Shown here one piece after another: positions 60,343 through 64,000 of a stretch of 64,000 nt of DNA (its first letter is position 1; each line of letters opens with the position of its first letter). The stretch is from Verrucomicrobiota bacterium. GTDB taxonomy: Bacteria > Verrucomicrobiota > Kiritimatiellia > RFP12 > UBA1067. The notes under the pieces are model-generated. The model saw only the letters and a program-made list of their open reading frames with translations, did not search any database and had not been told where the DNA came from. A program made the translations under genes and the position numbers. The stretch spans positions 6,550 through 70,549 of the forward strand of contig JAHFSX010000020.1 of the NCBI GenBank assembly GCA_023269675.1, read 5' to 3'.

Positions 60343-61101
60343 TCAGTGCCCGTCGTCGGCGAGCGGAAGTTTTTTGACGGCGCCGGTCTCGAAATCGAAC
60401 ATCAGCGGCAGGTGGTCGGAGAGGCGCACCTGGGGGATCTTGAAGCGGACCGGCGTGATGGAGGGGTCGTAGCAGATGAAGTCCAGCTCGCGGCAGGGGG
60501 CCCAGCTGGGGAAGGTCGGCTGGTGCCGGAGATTGGCGCTCTTGAGTCCGGTCGCGCGCAGGAACATGTGCATTTCCCACACGCCGGAGAGGGTGTTGAA
60601 GTCGCCCGCGACCAGGCGCGGCTTGGCGCAGCCCGCGATCAGGTCGTGCAGGTCGCTGAGCTGGCGGTGGCGCGCGCGGATGCCGAGCGCGAGATGCACC
60701 AGAAAGAGGGTGACGCTTTCGAGCTCGACCTCGATGGCGAGGCTCTTGAAGCCGGTCTCGAAGTCGTGGAACGCGGTGCGCAGGATCGGCTCGCGCGCCA
60801 GCACGGCGTTGGCCTGCTTGTTGAGCACCGGCACGTGGCGCTTGAAGCCGGTGTCGGGGTACTTGATGCGGAAGCAGTGGTAGAAGTCGAGCTCGTTGGC
60901 CAGTTCCTCGGCCTGGTTCCTGCGCCGTGCGCGGTAGGAGCCCGTGTCCACCTCCACGAGGCCGATGATGTCGGGGTCCATGTGCCGCACGAAGCGCGAG
61001 ATGTTCGGGAAGTGGGAGGTGGTGCGCAGCAGGGTTTCGAGCCAGGCGAAACGCCTGAGCCGGCCGGTGCCGTATTGGATGTTATGGAGCAGAAGTCTCA
61101 T
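60343..61101 (-). CDS. Endonuclease/exonuclease/phosphatase (EEP) family protein
   Basis: IIGLVEVD...LFLVHLALG...VAGDFN...LSDHLPLMFDF. Confidence 0.85.
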   Translation of the reverse strand: MRLLLHNIQYGTGRLRRFAWLETLLRTTSHFPNISRFVRHMDPDIIGLVEVDTGSYRARRRNQAEELANELDFYHCFRIKYPDTGFKRHVPVLNKQANAVLAREPILRTAFHDFETGFKSLAIEVELESVTLFLVHLALGIRARHRQLSDLHDLIAGCAKPRLVAGDFNTLSGVWEMHMFLRATGLKSANLRHQPTFPSWAPCRELDFICYDPSITPVRFKIPQVRLSDHLPLMFDFETGAVKKLPLADDGH

Positions 61102-61116
61102 GGTGAACGCCAGGCC

Positions 61117-61812
61117 TTAAGCGGGGCCCATCTCGGCGGCGATGGCGCGCGCGGCGGCGCAGGGGTCGGCGGCCTCGAGGATCGGGCGGCCCACCACGAG
61201 GTGCGTCGAGCCGTCCCTGACCGCCTGGCCGGGGGTGGCCACGCGCTTCTGGTCGCCCACGTCCGCGCCGGCGGGGCGCACGCCGGGGGTGACCAGGAGG
61301 GCGTCCGGCCCGAGCGCCGCGCGCATGTGGGCCACCTCTTTGGGCGAACAGACGATGCCGTCCGCGCCGTTCTCGCAGGCGAGGCGGCCGAGGGCCTCGA
61401 CGTGGGCCTTCATCTCGCGGCTGACGCCGAGGTCGGCGAGGTCGGACTGGTCGAGGCTGGTGAGGACGGTCACGGCGAGGATTTTGGGCGCGCGCGCGCC
61501 GCAGGCCAGGGCGGCGTCCTTGGCGGCCCGGATCATGGCTTTGCCGCCCACGGCGTGGATGGTCATCAGGTCCACGCCCAGCTCCGCGCCGGCCTTGACC
61601 GCGCGCTCCACGGTGCGGGGGATGTCGTGCAGCTTCAGGTCGAGGAAGACCTTTTTGCCGCGGCTCTTGACGGCGCGGACCACGTCCGGTCCTGCGGCGC
61701 TGAAGAGTTCCAGGCCGATCTTGTAAAAGGAGACCGACTCCCCGAGCCGGTCGACGAGCTGTTCGACTTCGGCGGTGGAGGCGACATCGAGGGCGACAAT
61801 CAGTTCTGCCAT
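61117..61812 (-). CDS. pyrF: Orotidine-5'-phosphate decarboxylase
   Basis: LIVALDV...YKIGLELF...VFLDLKLHDIPRTV...LMTIHA...VVGRPI. Confidence 0.93.
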   Translation of the reverse strand: MAELIVALDVASTAEVEQLVDRLGESVSFYKIGLELFSAAGPDVVRAVKSRGKKVFLDLKLHDIPRTVERAVKAGAELGVDLMTIHAVGGKAMIRAAKDAALACGARAPKILAVTVLTSLDQSDLADLGVSREMKAHVEALGRLACENGADGIVCSPKEVAHMRAALGPDALLVTPGVRPAGADVGDQKRVATPGQAVRDGSTHLVVGRPILEAADPCAAARAIAAEMGPA

Positions 61813-62066
61813 GGGAAAAGTCCTTTGTGGGTGTGTCCGCAGGAATTGCGCGGCTTAGGGGTATTAAGCCAAAAACGGGAGCGCTAAGCAATAAGCAATC
61901 GGCGGCCGGGCGATCGGCGGGGCGCGGCGGGCAATCGGAAAAAGAAAGCGACTTTTTTTGCGACGAGCGGCAATAAAGTGGTTAAGCGTGCGTTTAATGC
62001 GACTGTTTAAGAGACGCGGTTTCGCGGGACGTTGAAGGCTCCCGTGAGCGTCGGAAAGGTCAAAAG

Positions 62067-62546
62067 ATGAATAACAGAGCTAAAACAGTGTTTTTCGGTA
62101 TGGTCGCGATGGCGGGTTTGCTGGCGGCAACGCCGGCGAGGGCGGACCACGTGAGCGTGGGCCTGGGACTTGGCGACGGTTACGGCAACTACTTTTCGCT
62201 CGGCGTGAACAGCGGCGGGCGGGGATACGGGCCGTCACATCACGGTGACGGCTACGGCCGCGGCTACGGGCATGGCGGCTACGGGCATGGCGGCTACGGC
62301 TACCCGGCGAGGCCGTATTGCGCGGGTGCCGTGGTCTATGCGCCGCGCCCCATGGTTTACGCGGCGCCGGTGGTTTACGCGGCGCCGCCTCCGGTGGTCG
62401 TGCAGAGCGGCTACTGGCAGGAGCGCGAAGAGCGCACCTGGATCGAGGGGTGCTGGGTCGAGACGACCGACGCCTACGGCCGCCGCTGCAAAATGTGGCA
62501 GCCGGGACGCTGGGAAGTCCGCAACATCCGCGAGTGGGTGCAGTAG
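62067..62546 (+). CDS. Secreted Gly/Tyr-rich protein with WXXGXW repeats
   Basis: Signal peptide. GYGRGYGHGGYGHGGYGY, then WIEGCW and WQPGRW. Confidence 0.8.
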   Translation: MNNRAKTVFFGMVAMAGLLAATPARADHVSVGLGLGDGYGNYFSLGVNSGGRGYGPSHHGDGYGRGYGHGGYGHGGYGYPARPYCAGAVVYAPRPMVYAAPVVYAAPPPVVVQSGYWQEREERTWIEGCWVETTDAYGRRCKMWQPGRWEVRNIREWVQ

Positions 62547-62572
62547 GGCGAAAGACGGGGAGTGAAACGCCC

Positions 62573-62610
62573 AACGCTCAACGCTCAGGATCAGCGTTGA
62601 GCGTTTTCGT
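62573..62610 (+). terminator. Terminator hairpin made of tandem CAACGCT heptamers; overlaps the rnhC stop
   Basis: AACGCTCAACGCT-caggatc-AGCGTTGAGCGTT followed by TTTCGTCTTT. Confidence 0.7.
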
Positions 62611-63583
62611 CTTTGGTGCGCGAGACCGCCTGGCCTTCGGGGCCGAGCGCGGCGCGCGACGAGCCGCAGGCGCCGAGCACCTGGTCGGTGGTGCGGAAGT
62701 GGCATTTGCTGGTCTTGAGCAGGATCGCGGGGCCGGACTTCTTGATCAGCTCGATGGCGGAGGCCTTGACCTGCTCGGAGCAGCCCTTGTGCGCCTGAAA
62801 CCCGTAGGTCTCGCCCAGTTTGCCGAGGCCGCGCAGGAAAGCCTCGCGCGCCAGCACGGAGGCGGCCGCGACCGCGATGTCCGACTCCGCCTTGTGGCGC
62901 TGCTCCAGTTTGATCGATCGGCCTTTCTTCATCAGGGCGCGCTCGATCACCTGTTTGGCGCCGAACTGGTCGGCGACGGCGCGCGGACAGTCCGGCACGG
63001 TTTCCATCAGGTTCTCGATGCAGCGGGCGTGGGCCCAGGCGAGCAGGTTGTTGACGTTGCGGATCTTGGCGTAGAGGCGGTTGTAGGCCTCCGGGCCGAT
63101 CGCGACCATCGCGAAGCGCTTGGGGCCGAGGAGCTGGCGCGTCTTGCTGCCGATGACGAAGACCGCCTTGTCGGTGAGCTGCTTGCAGTCCTTCACGCCG
63201 ATCTCCTGCATGGCGCGGGCGAGATCCGGGTCCACATAGACGGCGCAGGCCACGAGCGAGCCGAAAAAGTCGCCCTTGCCGCTTTCGTCGATGCCCATGT
63301 GGGGCGAGACGAGCTCGGGGTTGAGCAGCTCCTCATAGCCTAGGGTGGCGGCCTGCAGCACGTTGGGCTCCATGAAGAAGATGACGAAATCCTGAGCCCC
63401 TTTGCCCTGGATCAGGCATTTTCCGCTTTTGTACAGGTTGACGATGCAGTCCTGGGCTTCGACCGCCATGAGGGTGTGCGGGACCACTTTGCGCTTGTAG
63501 TTGCCCATGCTCAGCATGGCTTTCAGCGACTCCTGCTGCTCGGCGTTGAGAACAAAGGTGAACGAGTTCTTTTTGGTTTCCAT
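62591..63583 (-). CDS. rnhC: Ribonuclease HIII
   Basis: N-terminal DUF3378-like region (LYKSGKCLIQGKG). GIDESGKGDFFGSLV, ADQFG, KAESDIAVAAASVLAR. Confidence 0.88.
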   Translation of the reverse strand: METKKNSFTFVLNAEQQESLKAMLSMGNYKRKVVPHTLMAVEAQDCIVNLYKSGKCLIQGKGAQDFVIFFMEPNVLQAATLGYEELLNPELVSPHMGIDESGKGDFFGSLVACAVYVDPDLARAMQEIGVKDCKQLTDKAVFVIGSKTRQLLGPKRFAMVAIGPEAYNRLYAKIRNVNNLLAWAHARCIENLMETVPDCPRAVADQFGAKQVIERALMKKGRSIKLEQRHKAESDIAVAAASVLAREAFLRGLGKLGETYGFQAHKGCSEQVKASAIELIKKSGPAILLKTSKCHFRTTDQVLGACGSSRAALGPEGQAVSRTKDENAQR

Positions 63584-63706
63584 CGTGGGCTCATTACACC
63601 ACAAGCCCGCAGGCGCCGCAAGGCGGAATGCGCTCGACAGGCAGCGCCCGCATCAATTATTGTATCTCCACGTGTTTTTATAAAAAAAAACGGGAACGGA
63701 GTCGGC

Positions 63707-64000
63707 ATGCAATCTCGTATCGGGCTGTGGGTGTTGGCGGCGTGTGTGGCGACGGGGGTGCAGGCGCAAGTCAAGGCGCGGCACTTTCCGGCGGACGCGA
63801 AATGGGTGCTGCATCTGGATCTGAAGGCGCTCAACGAGGCGCCGATGGGCCAGTTCCTGCGGCAGGCGATGGACGCGGAGTCGGCGCGCGGGCTGGCCTC
63901 GCTCAAGGCGATGAGCGGGATCGACCTGACGAACGACGTGGATTCGCTGGTGGTGTGCGGCAAGGGCGACGCGCAGGCGGGCGGCGTGATGTACGCCTAC
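63707..64000 (+). CDS. Secreted hypothetical protein, N-terminal 98 codons (runs off right edge)
   Basis: Own translation: MQSRIGLWVLAACVATGVQAQVKARHFPADAKWVLHLDLKAL... High GC3. GGAACGGAG SD. No stop in the window. Confidence 0.6.
   Translation, partial: MQSRIGLWVLAACVATGVQAQVKARHFPADAKWVLHLDLKALNEAPMGQFLRQAMDAESARGLASLKAMSGIDLTNDVDSLVVCGKGDAQAGGVMYAY

Noticed and set aside
60310-60345. Claim that the KKF(I/V)SAL(V/L)R tail is under purifying selection or translated by TGA read-through
   Set aside because: It is kept only as a speculative note in the findings. Four nucleotide differences between two copies are far too few to infer selection, and other array copies are read in different frames.

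Overview
64-kb window from a high-GC bacterial chromosome. The gene content includes BNR/sialidase-like proteins, an FGE-sulfatase domain, a VCBS/FG-GAP protein, a giant protein with autotransporter-associated beta-strand repeats, DUF4038, and a Tat-signal Gfo/Idh/MocA oxidoreductase. That mix suggests a PVC-superphylum-like glycan degrader, but this is inference only. All calls rest on reading the sequence and the ORF track; no searches or computations were run, and GC statements are by eye. Layout: (1) Positions 1-10572 are a mosaic integrated element or prophage-like remnant whose left end lies outside the window. It has a + strand operon of small ORFs (2186-3944) and a - strand module of small ORFs (6783-9846) with an Xis/AlpA-like HTH, ribbon-helix-helix and ASCH proteins. 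Low-GC cassettes are inserted between these two convergent modules. The element ends at an orphan tRNA/tmRNA 3'-end fragment plus terminator (10540-10618). (2) 10.6-12.7 kb holds housekeeping genes uppP-rpoZ-smpB-tatA. (3) 12.9-48.2 kb holds mostly secreted glycan-processing genes. These include a sialic-acid-type cluster (BNR-FGE-BNR fusion, DapA/NanA-family lyase, Na+/solute symporter, sialidase), two paralogous beta-propeller proteins with CxxCH motifs, and a 2226-aa FAD-oxidoreductase/beta-strand-repeat protein. (4) 48.7-64 kb holds an LplT-PlsC-Aas fusion with a divergent sigma-54 activator, a 1287-aa secreted protein, membrane proteins, an EEP nuclease/phosphatase, pyrF and rnhC. Most notable observations: two low-GC cassettes are each driven by a sigma-70-like promoter with a G/C homopolymer tract in the -35/-10 spacer (candidate phase variation), and one cassette is bracketed by a 10-bp direct repeat. 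A conserved hairpin+SD unit separates consecutive small genes. AT-rich tandem octamer/heptamer arrays sit at gene 3' ends in both the island and the core genome. A double-hairpin REP-like element occurs three times. I saw no rRNA, complete tRNA, CRISPR array, transposase or integrase.
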